From an uncultured Thermoprotei archaeon (GTDB taxonomy: Archaea; Thermoproteota; Thermoprotei; Thermofilales; B15-G2), in assembly GCA_965367815.1 (NCBI GenBank), contig CBDUKN010000007.1:32001-96000 (forward strand): a stretch of 64,000 bases of DNA. The letters run 5' to 3'. Below the pieces are notes generated by a model that was given only the letters and a program-made list of their open reading frames with translations, was not told where the DNA came from and made no database searches. Positions 39,805 to 49,789 of this stretch are shown in pieces; position 1 is the stretch's first letter; each line of letters begins with the position of its first letter. The position numbers and the translations under genes were made by a program.

Positions 39805-41739
39805 ATGGGGAGGTTTAGGTTATTCAATGAAGAAGAAGGATTAACTTGGAGGTCGTTTTTAGCAATAGTGTTTTCAGCGGTAGTAATACTTCCTATACAA
39901 ATTTACATGACTCTAGCTACTCCAATATCAGTAGCTTGGCCCGCTGTAATTCTATTGCTCTTCACTGAGCTTGCCTATTTCTTCCACTCGCCTCTATCCA
40001 GACAGGAGGGCTTCATAATATATTTCGTCTCATCAGTAGCTATAGGAGGATCGGTACTCGTAGAGGGAATGATACCTTTCCTTAACTTCCCCTACCGCGT
40101 ATACATGGTTCAAAGCCCCTACTTCAAGGCACTAGGCTTCGATAAAGAGGTGCCCTGGTGGTTTGTTCCGCCTATATCTTCAGAAGCTATACTGAAGAGA
40201 ACTCTGCTTCACCCAGACTGGCTATTCTACATAGGACTGCTTATCTTAGGCTTCATCATATATCTCGGCACAATACTGCCTATGACCTTCATATTAGCTC
40301 AGCTCTACATAGAAATAGAGAAACTGCCATTCCCTATAGGAAGAGTACAAGCCGAGACAATAATCAGCTTGACTGAAAGAGACCCTGAGAGATTCGATAA
40401 ATTCATACTGTCAGCAGTAATAGGAGTAATATATTCACTCATCCTCTACGGCTTCCCAATAATAACGCTAACATTCTTCGGCAAAGCATTTTCTGTTACA
40501 GGGTCTATGATATGGTCGTTCCTCGACTTGACTCAGGCACTACAAGTAATCATACCGGGAGCAATCTTCGGCGTATCGCTAGACCTCCTCAACGTAGCTT
40601 CAGCATGGGTCATTCCCTCTTACCTAGTGATTACAGCAACTATAGCATCTATACTAGCCTATGTTGTCGGAAACGCTATTGCGCTAAAACTTCCGCTAGA
40701 TATATTCAAGTGGTGGCAACAAGACTGGTTCCCTGGAGCAGGACTAGTCTGGCTCTACCAGCGCTCGTACTTTGACTTATGGCTTAGTGCTTACATAGGT
40801 GTATCGATAGCTGCCGGTATAATGCCGTTTATCCTCGAGTACAAGAACTATGCCAGAGCTTTCTCTAATCTAAAATCTCTCCCCGAGAGCGTGAAGAAAG
40901 CAGGGTACATATCGCTGACTCCTCTTCTCACAGTATACTTCCTTTCCGTAGCCGCCTCAATAGCGCTATTCAAGTATCTTGTGCCTAGATTCCCCATAAT
41001 ACTGCTTCTGCCTTTCGTTGCCTGGGGCTTCATATGGCCTTTCATCAGCGCCTGGTCTATAGGTATGACAGGATTTGCTCCAGCCCAGCCCCCGATGCTC
41101 AGAGAGGCAACTATTCTCTTCAGCGGATACAAGGATCTAGATGTATGGTTCGCTGGATGGGTTGCTCAGCCAGGAAATGCTCCAGGAGTAATAGTGAATG
41201 CATTCCAAGTAGGCTACTGGTGTGGAGTAACTCCGAAAACATACCTCAAGGCGGCTTTCATGGCAATGCCTCTGCTCTTCATATTCTCGCTAATATACGT
41301 CGACATGTTCTGGCGCATGGCTCCAATGCCCTCAGCCTTCTACCCATGGATCGAGGTAACGTGGCCTATTTCTGTGCTAAACTGGGTTATCTGGCCTACA
41401 TTCGTGAGAAAAGGCTTCCTGCCTACAATAAGCTCAGAGTTTATAATAGGGTTCTTCTTAGTATCAGCGATTCTCGCAGTGGTCTTAAAGATACTTAAGC
41501 TACCTCTAGCAGTGCTAATAGGTGTTCTCTGGGGAATTACTTCTATGCCTCATCCGCTAGTAGGAGCAACAATAGGAGTAATTGTGGGCAAGATACTCGA
41601 AAAGAAGCTTGGTAAGGAAAAGTGGGACCGCGATAAAGTAGTCATAGTAGCTGGCTTAACTCTAGGAAACGCTGTAGCAATAGCTTTCGCCGCCTCGTTG
41701 CTACTAATATCGAGGTCGCTATGGGCTCTACCATACTAA
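39805..41739 (+). CDS. OPT-superfamily-like polytopic membrane protein
   Basis: GLTWRS, LSRQE, QLYIEIEKLPFP, ~15 TM segments; starts 2 bp after the upstream giant permease. Confidence 0.72.
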   Translation: MGRFRLFNEEEGLTWRSFLAIVFSAVVILPIQIYMTLATPISVAWPAVILLLFTELAYFFHSPLSRQEGFIIYFVSSVAIGGSVLVEGMIPFLNFPYRVYMVQSPYFKALGFDKEVPWWFVPPISSEAILKRTLLHPDWLFYIGLLILGFIIYLGTILPMTFILAQLYIEIEKLPFPIGRVQAETIISLTERDPERFDKFILSAVIGVIYSLILYGFPIITLTFFGKAFSVTGSMIWSFLDLTQALQVIIPGAIFGVSLDLLNVASAWVIPSYLVITATIASILAYVVGNAIALKLPLDIFKWWQQDWFPGAGLVWLYQRSYFDLWLSAYIGVSIAAGIMPFILEYKNYARAFSNLKSLPESVKKAGYISLTPLLTVYFLSVAASIALFKYLVPRFPIILLLPFVAWGFIWPFISAWSIGMTGFAPAQPPMLREATILFSGYKDLDVWFAGWVAQPGNAPGVIVNAFQVGYWCGVTPKTYLKAAFMAMPLLFIFSLIYVDMFWRMAPMPSAFYPWIEVTWPISVLNWVIWPTFVRKGFLPTISSEFIIGFFLVSAILAVVLKILKLPLAVLIGVLWGITSMPHPLVGATIGVIVGKILEKKLGKEKWDRDKVVIVAGLTLGNAVAIAFAASLLLISRSLWALPY

Positions 41740-41768
41740 AGCGTTCAAAATATTTTTGATAATCTTTT

Positions 41769-41824
41769 AGTTTCAGACTGTGGCGTACTCTTCATCTATC
41801 TGTTTTCCGAGCTTCATCATCTTA
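41769..41824 (-). ncRNA. Candidate C/D box sRNA
   Basis: Minus strand ATGATGA - 11 nt - CAGA - TAGATGA - 15 nt - CTGA, intergenic. Confidence 0.7.
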
Positions 41825-41881
41825 GTTTTGAGTATCTAACCGTAACTTTTACTATACTAACCTAAATAATAATTATTAGTA

Positions 41882-43039
41882 ATGCCTGCTGTAGCAGATT
41901 TACCTTTACATACAGGCACTGTTCCGCCCTGGCTAGCTTCCCGTATGATTAAGCTGACTGAGATAGTTGTAAGACTTCTCGTAGAAGAATATGGTACTGT
42001 AGGTGTTCTTGAGAGATTATCTGACCCTATTTGGTTTCAGGCACTAAATAATCTAATCGGAATGGACTGGGATAGCTCTGGATCGACGACAGTTACCTGT
42101 GGAATACTTAAACAGGTTCTTATTAAAGAAGACTTCGGTATTAAAGCAGCTGGAGGTAAGGGAGATAAAGCTAGGGCAACTCCTTCCGAACTCAAAGAAA
42201 TCTGTAGCAAATATAGCTTAAATCCAGATAAATATATTCAAGTATCACGTATTGTAGCAAAAGTAGATAACGTTGCTCTACAGTGTGGATATACTCTATA
42301 CCACCATATGTTTTTCGTAGACAAGGAAGGCAACTGGACTATAGTCCAGCAGGGAATGAATGTTTCTACGAAAATGGCTCGAAGATACCACTGGTTCTCG
42401 GGACATTTAAAAGACTTTGTTGTAGAGCCTCATAAGGCAATAAGCGGAACTAAACACAGCTACGCGTTCAATACTATAGCTAGAAGAATAGATGAGTTTA
42501 GAAAAACAGTAGTAGATTTAGCTAAAGAAAATGCCTCAAAACTCGAGAGAGAACTCAAATCAGTTCTTGCACTCGCTAAAGGAAATACTCTACTAGCCTA
42601 CTACACGCCCTATAATCCTGAAGAAGCGAGAAAGAAAGTAAGGAAGTATATAAGCTTGGGGCCAGTAGCGCTAAATAGGAAGGCTTTAATTGAGGCAAGA
42701 GAACTCGCAGTGTCTGATTTCAAGGAACTGCTTTTAGTTAAAGGACTCGGTCCAAGCACTCTCAGAGCACTAGCTCTTGTAGCAGAGCTTGTATACGAAA
42801 CACCTCCCTCGTGGAAAGACCCCGTAACACATCCAATAGACCCCTTCAAGTACGCTTACGCTGTAGGAGGAAAAGACGGAGTACCCTTCCCAGTAGACAA
42901 GAAGACTTACGATGAGCTTCTCTCTTTTCTAGAAGCACTGCTAGCTAAAGCTAGAGAACACAGAAAAATATTCCTCAAAAACATGGCTAAGATCACTAAA
43001 AACTGGTCTCCTCCACCAGAAGACAAAATTCCAACATAA
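41882..43039 (+). CDS. DUF763 family protein
   Basis: ADLPLH, GMDWDSSGSTT, VQQGMN, ARRYHW, GGKDGVPFPV. Confidence 0.9.
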   Translation: MPAVADLPLHTGTVPPWLASRMIKLTEIVVRLLVEEYGTVGVLERLSDPIWFQALNNLIGMDWDSSGSTTVTCGILKQVLIKEDFGIKAAGGKGDKARATPSELKEICSKYSLNPDKYIQVSRIVAKVDNVALQCGYTLYHHMFFVDKEGNWTIVQQGMNVSTKMARRYHWFSGHLKDFVVEPHKAISGTKHSYAFNTIARRIDEFRKTVVDLAKENASKLERELKSVLALAKGNTLLAYYTPYNPEEARKKVRKYISLGPVALNRKALIEARELAVSDFKELLLVKGLGPSTLRALALVAELVYETPPSWKDPVTHPIDPFKYAYAVGGKDGVPFPVDKKTYDELLSFLEALLAKAREHRKIFLKNMAKITKNWSPPPEDKIPT

Positions 43040-43063
43040 TATTCGACTCAACTAGAATATCCT

Positions 43064-43101
43064 TATATACTTCATTCGAGTATATTCGAGTGAAGTATAT
43101 A
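43064..43101. promoter_or_regulatory. 38-bp imperfect palindrome directly upstream of the AAA ATPase gene
   Basis: TATATACTTCATTCGAG-TATA-TTCGAGTGAAGTATATA. Confidence 0.6.
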
Positions 43102-43104
43102 TAG

Positions 43105-44541
43105 GTGACTCGAGTGATCTCGAAAACTATCGTAGAGCAGAATCCCTGGTGGAGAGTAAAAGATTTCGAGAGATTTGATTATGATTTAGAAAAATACCAA
43201 AAAATGATAGTACATTTCAGTAGAAAAATACCGCCACTCGCCAAAGGGAGAACATATTTTATTAAAGGTCCTAGGAGGTCAGGAAAGACTATTTGGCTGA
43301 AATTATATATTAAGCATTTAATAGAAAATGGAGAGGATCCATTAAGCATATTATATTTATCATGCGATAGAATACCTATAGTAAACTATGTTCAGTTAAT
43401 GAATATTATTAGAGAATACTTAAACATATATAAAAGAGAATCAAATTTTATTTTAATAGATGAAATTACTAGAGTAAATAAATGGAGCTATGCGCTGAAG
43501 GGACTAAAAGACTCCGGAGTACTGGAGAACTGCATAACAGTAGTCACGGGGTCAATACCCTTACTACTGACTAGAGGAGCAGAATTAATGCCTGGAAGAG
43601 GTGTTGAGGGAGGAGAATACTACTTAACGCCAGTGTCGTTTAGAAAATATATTGAAGCACTAGCTAACGAGAAAATAAGAAGAATTCTAAAAGAGAAATC
43701 TTTTTCATTAGATGAAAGTATAGAAAAAATAGCTAAGAAAATTTCAGAAACATTGCCCTATATTACAGAAATAGATGAAATCTTCTACAAGTATCTTCAA
43801 ACAGGCGGTTTCCCTGAGGTAGTCGATGCTTTTCTCAGAAAAGAGAAGCCTGTAGAAGAAGCTCTTGAAATACTACTAAACTATATTTTAGGAGATATAG
43901 CTAAAGAGAATAGAGATCCAGATATAGCTAAAGCAGTATTAATAGAAATATCAAAAAACCTATCAAGCATAGTAACTTATGCTACATTAGCCAAAAAAAT
44001 AGGAATATCGCTAGATACTGTTAAAGATTATATAAAAATACTAGAAGAAATGCTAGTAGTAATTCCTCTCGGGAAATTCATTTTTTCAAGTAAAACAAGC
44101 ACTCTAAAAGGAGGAATAAAAGCTTACTTTACAGACATAGGCTTCTACTACGCTATAAAAACATTTAGCGAAGGAAAATTATACAGTCAAGTAGTAAATG
44201 AAACATTAACAGTAGAGAAAACTCCGATCATAGTAGAAAACATAGTAGTATCACATATAGTTCAGCACGGAAGAATACCTAAGCTAAGAGAACCAAATAC
44301 TTTCATAGGCTATATAAAAAATAAAAAAGAAACAGACATACTGTATAAGAGACAAGACGGAACATTAGTAGAAATCGAAGTAAAGTATAGGTATAAAGTC
44401 AAACTGCCTCCTGTTAAAAGAGCGAAAGAAGTAATAATTATTTCAAGAGACTCTTTTAGCTATGACAAAAATAAAAAAGTGCTTATAGTTCCTGTTTCAG
44501 TATTTCTCGCATTACTTAAAGATTGTGAAAAAAGTCTATAG
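43105..44541 (+). CDS. AAA_14/DUF4143 ATP-binding protein
   Basis: QNPWW, GPRRSGKT, LIDEI, TGS, GGFP, YFTDIG, ETD...IEVKY. Confidence 0.88.
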   Translation: MTRVISKTIVEQNPWWRVKDFERFDYDLEKYQKMIVHFSRKIPPLAKGRTYFIKGPRRSGKTIWLKLYIKHLIENGEDPLSILYLSCDRIPIVNYVQLMNIIREYLNIYKRESNFILIDEITRVNKWSYALKGLKDSGVLENCITVVTGSIPLLLTRGAELMPGRGVEGGEYYLTPVSFRKYIEALANEKIRRILKEKSFSLDESIEKIAKKISETLPYITEIDEIFYKYLQTGGFPEVVDAFLRKEKPVEEALEILLNYILGDIAKENRDPDIAKAVLIEISKNLSSIVTYATLAKKIGISLDTVKDYIKILEEMLVVIPLGKFIFSSKTSTLKGGIKAYFTDIGFYYAIKTFSEGKLYSQVVNETLTVEKTPIIVENIVVSHIVQHGRIPKLREPNTFIGYIKNKKETDILYKRQDGTLVEIEVKYRYKVKLPPVKRAKEVIIISRDSFSYDKNKKVLIVPVSVFLALLKDCEKSL

Positions 44542-45345
44542 CCTACATAAGTTATTTAAATATTTTGTATCTCTAATTAAAATATCTTTTTTCTCTAAAT
44601 CACTACATCGTCCAAGAGACTCGTCTTCAATAGTTAAGTCTCCGTTATATCCATGTCTTTTTAAAATGCTAACTATTTTCTTCAAGTCGACGTCTCCTTC
44701 GAAGAGAGGAGACATAGTTACGTCACCTGGCTTACGCCAAGCTTCTTTACGCTCAGCGACAGCGTTCTTAACATGAGTGTGTTTAACTCTATCGGCAAAC
44801 TTCTCGACTATCTCGTAGACTTTGCTCAGCGGATATCCATACCAGTAAAAGTTACCTGTATCGAGAGTCAATCCAAGAAAAGTTTCCGGAAACTCTTTAA
44901 ACAAAGCATCCAAGTACTCTTCTCTATTAGAAACATAGCCGTGATTCTCGATAGCTAATACTACGTCCTTTACTTTATCTTTAAGCTCTTTAAGCCAGTC
45001 AATTGACGCCCGAATACAGTCTTCTAAACTATAGCCTTCTACTTCCTTTACAATAGTATCTACACGAACTACTCCTAATCCAAGCCTATGAGCTATATTG
45101 ACTGCTTTAACCACATAATCAGTTTCCATAAAATCATTGGCAATAAGTATAGAGTTTACTTCAATATTCTGTTCGCTTAGATATTTCTTAAAACTGCTTA
45201 ACTCGTATTCAAGATTATGGCCGCTGAAGACTTTAAAGTCTCTAGGCAAGTAAAGCTCAATACTATTTATTCCAAGTACACTAAGTCCTTCTTCAACAGA
45301 ACCGAATACGTTCTTTAAAATAATGTCTCTACAAGCAACGTACAC
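44536..45345 (-). CDS. Sugar phosphate isomerase/epimerase (xylose isomerase-like TIM barrel)
   Basis: IENHG, LDTGN, HTHVK, TIEDE. Confidence 0.88.
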   Translation of the reverse strand: MYVACRDIILKNVFGSVEEGLSVLGINSIELYLPRDFKVFSGHNLEYELSSFKKYLSEQNIEVNSILIANDFMETDYVVKAVNIAHRLGLGVVRVDTIVKEVEGYSLEDCIRASIDWLKELKDKVKDVVLAIENHGYVSNREEYLDALFKEFPETFLGLTLDTGNFYWYGYPLSKVYEIVEKFADRVKHTHVKNAVAERKEAWRKPGDVTMSPLFEGDVDLKKIVSILKRHGYNGDLTIEDESLGRCSDLEKKDILIRDTKYLNNLCRL

Positions 45346-45430
45346 GAAATACTCTCAGTTCAAGCAAATATATTACTAAGCGCGGCAAATCGCTAGAATT
45401 CTTTATAAGAATTAAATCAAAGGTTAATAA

Positions 45431-46645
45431 GTGTACATAAAGCAGTATGAAGACCTATTGTTTAAAATTGTCGAAGAATACGGCACACCGGTCTATGTTT
45501 ATTTTGCTGAAATACTGTTAAATAACTTTAATAAAATAAAAACTACTGCCGAAAAATATTTTAGAAAACCATTAATAGCTTATGCTTATAAAGCTAACTC
45601 AAATATACACTTGTGTAGACTATTGCATGAGAAAGGAGCTGGAGCAGAAGTAGTTTCGCTGGGAGAAATTTTTCTAGCAATGAAAGCAGGCGCCAGTAAA
45701 GTAGTTTTTAACGGAGTATCTAAATCAGTTAACGAAATAGAATACGCAATTAAAAATAAAGTGTGGTTAATTAATATAGAGAATTTAAGTGAACTAAAAT
45801 ACATTAACAATTTCTCTAAAAGAAATAATAGTATTCAAAAAGTAGGGATAAGATTCAACCCAGGTATCGAAGTAAGCACACATAAACATATCGCTACCGG
45901 AGGCAAATTAAATAAATTTGGTTTAGATTCAAAAGATTTCATTAAAGCAGTCGATATCTCAAAGAAAATGAATAATGTAGACTTGTGTGCTGTACATTTT
46001 CACATAGGATCACAGATATTTGAAATAGAGTCTTATGTAAAGGCACTTGAAGAAGTTCTTAACTTAACTAAAGAAGCAAAAATAGACTTAAAGGTAGTAA
46101 ATATTGGCGGAGGCTTCGGCTACTCTTATGAAACAGGAGAAATTCTCAATCTAGACAATCTATTTGCAGAGATAGCTCCTATACTGAAAGACTTTCTTGA
46201 AGAAGAGCCCACAGTCGTTTTAGAGCCGGGCAGAGCTATTGTAGCTTCAGCAGGAATCCTGTTAACTAAAGTAAATTATGTTAAAGAAGTCTATGGCAGA
46301 AAATGGATACTAGTAGACGCTGGCATGAGTGATTTTATTAGACCTGCTCTCTATGGAGCAAAACATAAAATAACAGTACTAGGCAAGAGCGAGCCCGTAG
46401 AAAAATACTCCATAGGAGGGCCGGTATGTGAGTCAGCCGATGTTTTTGCAGAAAACGTAGAGCTCCCTAAAGTAGTGCCGGGAGACATAATAGTTGTACA
46501 TGATGTGGGAGCATACGGCTACTCCATGTCAAGTAACTACAACGCTAGACCCAGACCCCCAGAAATACTAGTTAAGGGGAGAGAAGTAAAGCTTATTAGA
46601 AGAAGAGAAAGCCTAGAAGACTTGCTAAGATTAATGACGATTTGA
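45431..46645 (+). CDS. lysA: Diaminopimelate decarboxylase
   Basis: YAYKAN, HFHIGSQ, NIGGG, EPGR, CESAD, GAYG.SMSSNYN. Confidence 0.93.
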   Translation: MYIKQYEDLLFKIVEEYGTPVYVYFAEILLNNFNKIKTTAEKYFRKPLIAYAYKANSNIHLCRLLHEKGAGAEVVSLGEIFLAMKAGASKVVFNGVSKSVNEIEYAIKNKVWLINIENLSELKYINNFSKRNNSIQKVGIRFNPGIEVSTHKHIATGGKLNKFGLDSKDFIKAVDISKKMNNVDLCAVHFHIGSQIFEIESYVKALEEVLNLTKEAKIDLKVVNIGGGFGYSYETGEILNLDNLFAEIAPILKDFLEEEPTVVLEPGRAIVASAGILLTKVNYVKEVYGRKWILVDAGMSDFIRPALYGAKHKITVLGKSEPVEKYSIGGPVCESADVFAENVELPKVVPGDIIVVHDVGAYGYSMSSNYNARPRPPEILVKGREVKLIRRRESLEDLLRLMTI

Positions 46646-46689
46646 AGTAATTATGACAGCAACCAAATAAAGACCGGTTTATACTTAGT

Positions 46690-46746
46690 TAGAGTGATGA
46701 AGGATTGGCTTACTGAAAGCTGATGAAGGTGCGAGATTCTGATACC
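46690..46746 (+). ncRNA. Candidate C/D box sRNA
   Basis: GTGATGA - 12 nt - CTGA - AAGC - TGATGA - 12 nt - CTGA, canonical boxes and spacing. Confidence 0.88.
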
Positions 46747-46825
46747 AGTTTCATCAGTATTCAATACTTTGAGAATTTTGTCCGAAGCTCAAACTACAGC
46801 AACAGTATTTTGAAACAATAGAATA

Positions 46826-46893
46826 GCGGTCTGAAGCGAGGTCCCCACCAATCATCCGAGTAGTCAGCGCCCGTAAGAATTCTTCATCCCATT
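46826..46893 (-). ncRNA. Candidate C/D box sRNA with long guides
   Basis: Minus strand GGGATGA - 16 nt - CTGA - GGATGA - 18 nt - CAGA. Confidence 0.5.
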
Positions 46894-46925
46894 ACTTTAA
46901 TAGAAGATTCGGGCTTATTTAGTTT

Positions 46926-46983
46926 ATTATCAGTGATGGGGCTACCGCTCATCAAATAGCGGAGCCCCAAGTTCATCATCTAT
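46926..46983 (-). ncRNA. Candidate C/D box sRNA
   Basis: Minus strand ATGATGA, degenerate D', TGATGA - 15 nt - CTGA. Confidence 0.62.
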
Positions 46984-47067
46984 TACTCTACTTGAAGTCA
47001 GACTTAATAATTTATCTTCGTGACGCGTTAATGATAAATACTTTGGGCAAGCATAGCTTTTGAAAAA

Positions 47068-48186
47068 ATGAGTGTGTCTTTAGATGCAATTAAAGAACTA
47101 GCGGAATCTATTCTTTATCCTCTAGAGCAGTATGTTCGGAGCAATATTTGCTGGGACCCTAATAGCCCCTACTACGGCGGACTACTAGAGACTATCCCTC
47201 ACACTCCTCAGCCTACATGGCCCCACGCCTCTTACGTGACTGCTGACGCCTACTTAAAGCTATATGAAGCCTACAGGAAACCCGAGTACTGGGAGGTAGC
47301 TAAAGTAATGGTAAATTATCTTGTTAGAGAGCAGAGCGACGCAGGTTGCTGGTATGGATATACTGGATATCCGAAGAGTTTTGGATGGAATGAGAAAAAC
47401 GCGCCTCCTGGAAGTAAGCTAAATGTTGTTTTCGAAGACGGTACTGTTCTCGACATAATACGTGAGCCTTTTAGTATTTTCGGGACAGTTCTTTACGGCA
47501 AAGTAGTAGTAAACGCCTATGAAGTAGCTGTTAAAAACAACTTAGACTTGAGCGAGGCCGAGCATTGGAGAATATCTTTCCTTAAGGCAGCAGAGTTCGT
47601 GTGCCATATGATTGATAATAAGGGCTACTGGGTAGGCAACAGAGCGTGGAATCAGAGAGCTGCAGTAGCAGTACTACTTTTTACTGCCAGTAGACTTTTA
47701 TGTCCTGAACGGTACTTGAGAAAAGCTAAAATAGTACTAGACCAAATTCTGGAAGCACAGCTCGAGTCAGGCGAGTACCCCTACTCTGAGACAGGAGGCA
47801 GAACTTACCATTATCATGCTTTGACACTGTATTTTCTCAATCAAGTAAATAGAGAGTATCCGAGTAAACGCGTAGAAGAAGCTGTATTAAAAGGATTGAA
47901 GTGGATGTGGAGTATGCAGAAAGAAAACGGTGATTTTGACTGGAGTATACACTCACCTAAAGACCATAAAACAAGGCTGTTCTCGACATTTGGAATAGCT
48001 TTAGCTGCAACAGCACCTTACTTAAAGTTATTCAAAGAAAATGTTTACAAAACGCTAGTTTTCTTAAAGAAGCACCAGAATCCAAATGGAGGTTTTCCGC
48101 GGAAAATAGGACTAGAGAAGACGGATAATGTCACATCAGGAGAGATTTTACACGGCTTAGCTGAGCTAGTTAAAGCCTTAGAATAG
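47068..48186 (+). CDS. Alpha/alpha-barrel protein with prenyltransferase/squalene cyclase-like QxxxG repeats
   Basis: EQSDAGCW, AQLESGEY, MQKENGDF, HQNPNGGF. Confidence 0.65.
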   Translation: MSVSLDAIKELAESILYPLEQYVRSNICWDPNSPYYGGLLETIPHTPQPTWPHASYVTADAYLKLYEAYRKPEYWEVAKVMVNYLVREQSDAGCWYGYTGYPKSFGWNEKNAPPGSKLNVVFEDGTVLDIIREPFSIFGTVLYGKVVVNAYEVAVKNNLDLSEAEHWRISFLKAAEFVCHMIDNKGYWVGNRAWNQRAAVAVLLFTASRLLCPERYLRKAKIVLDQILEAQLESGEYPYSETGGRTYHYHALTLYFLNQVNREYPSKRVEEAVLKGLKWMWSMQKENGDFDWSIHSPKDHKTRLFSTFGIALAATAPYLKLFKENVYKTLVFLKKHQNPNGGFPRKIGLEKTDNVTSGEILHGLAELVKALE

Positions 48187-48187
48187 T

Positions 48188-49630
48188 TTACTCGCTTGAG
48201 AGTTTTTCTAGTATTTTGCCGTACTCTACTAGCGCTTTAATTGCTCTGACAGCTCTTTCTGGAGTCGGGTATGTCGGTATGCCTTCTTCGTCGAAAAGCC
48301 TTCTATAGTACTTAGCCATATCTGCTTCGCCTATATCGCATACTACTACTGGTTTACCGTATTCTTTAATTATCTTGGAGAGTTTCTTGGGAAGGTCTGT
48401 AGTTACTAGCGGTACTTGGTGCATGGGTAAGAGAACTACGCCATCTACATTAGGGTCTCTTAAAACAAGCTTCAGGGACTCTATGAACCCTTTGTCGTCA
48501 GCTGAGCCAGTTAAGTCTACTGGATCTGTTGTGACAGCGAAGTCTCTTAGAATTCCCTGCTTCTTGAGTTCCTCGAACTTCTCTAAAGTCTCCTTACTGA
48601 ATTCAGCTAATTTCATTCCCTGAAACTCTATTTCATCGGAGGCCATTACGCCGCATCCTCCGCCGTCAGTAACCACGGCTATTCTGTCGCCTTTAGCTGG
48701 AGGCTGCATTGCAAGAGCTTTAGCCATGTCGCAGAATTCTTCCATGTCTCTAGCTCTAATTACTCCGCACTGCTTAAAGGCAGCATCATATATCGCGTCT
48801 ACTCCAGCTAGAGCACCAGTATGAGAAGTCGCAGCTTTAGCGCCTGCCGCAGTTCTACCAGACTTGAGGACAACTATAGGTTTCTTTAAGGCGACTTTCC
48901 TAGCTATTTCTATGAATTTTCTGCCTTCCTTTATGTTTTCTATGTAAACCATAATAGCTTTCGTCAAGTCATCTTCAGCTAAATACTCGAGTAGATCTGC
49001 TTCATCTACGTCGCATTTATTGCCGTATGAAATAAACTTAGAGAGCCCTAAGTCTGTTCCAGCAAAGTAGTCTAGTACAGCTGCGCCAAAAGCACCGCTC
49101 TGACTAATAAAAGCTATATGTCCTCTCCTAGGTCTAGGCATTGATAGCAGAGGGCCTTTTGGGCTGTTCTTGTAGGTCGGTATAAAAAGAGTATCTACGC
49201 CGCTCCAAGGATCATATATGCCTATACAGTTTGGACCAATTATTCTAACACCGTACTTTTGTGCTGTATCAACAAGCTTCTGTTCAAGAGCGTGGTTACC
49301 TACTTCAGAAAATCCTGCTGAAATAACTATAACACACTTAATTCCCTTTACACCGCAGTCTTCAATAATTCGCGGCACTATTCTCGCGGGGACACATACG
49401 ACACTTAAATCAACGTCTCCGGAGATGTCTCTAACACTTGGGTAACATTTTACACCAGCTATTTCATTAGCTTTAGGGTTAACTGGGTAAACTTCACCCT
49501 TAAAAATCCCTTTTTTCTTGTTACTCAAGAAGTTCTCTAGAATAATTCTCCCCACTGCTCCAGGTTCTCTTGAAGCACCTATTATTGCTACGCCTCTAGG
49601 ATTAAAGAATCCATCTAATTCTTTACTCAT
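48188..49630 (-). CDS. acdA: ADP-forming acyl-CoA synthetase alpha subunit
   Basis: VAIIGAS, ISAGFSE, IGPNCIG, SQSGA, SHTGALAG, GGG.GV, PVDLTG. Confidence 0.92.
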   Translation of the reverse strand: MSKELDGFFNPRGVAIIGASREPGAVGRIILENFLSNKKKGIFKGEVYPVNPKANEIAGVKCYPSVRDISGDVDLSVVCVPARIVPRIIEDCGVKGIKCVIVISAGFSEVGNHALEQKLVDTAQKYGVRIIGPNCIGIYDPWSGVDTLFIPTYKNSPKGPLLSMPRPRRGHIAFISQSGAFGAAVLDYFAGTDLGLSKFISYGNKCDVDEADLLEYLAEDDLTKAIMVYIENIKEGRKFIEIARKVALKKPIVVLKSGRTAAGAKAATSHTGALAGVDAIYDAAFKQCGVIRARDMEEFCDMAKALAMQPPAKGDRIAVVTDGGGCGVMASDEIEFQGMKLAEFSKETLEKFEELKKQGILRDFAVTTDPVDLTGSADDKGFIESLKLVLRDPNVDGVVLLPMHQVPLVTTDLPKKLSKIIKEYGKPVVVCDIGEADMAKYYRRLFDEEGIPTYPTPERAVRAIKALVEYGKILEKLSSE

Positions 49631-49789
49631 GCAAGATATAGGGAGTAATAGAATTTAAGTTCTATTGTTAAAAACTGTTTAAAGTAATCGCTAATAGTAA
49701 ATTAGTTAATGGCTTAAGGTAAAGAATATTTTGTCGAATACTAGTATACGATAGTTCAGAAAATATATTTTTCTCCGCAATATATTCTC

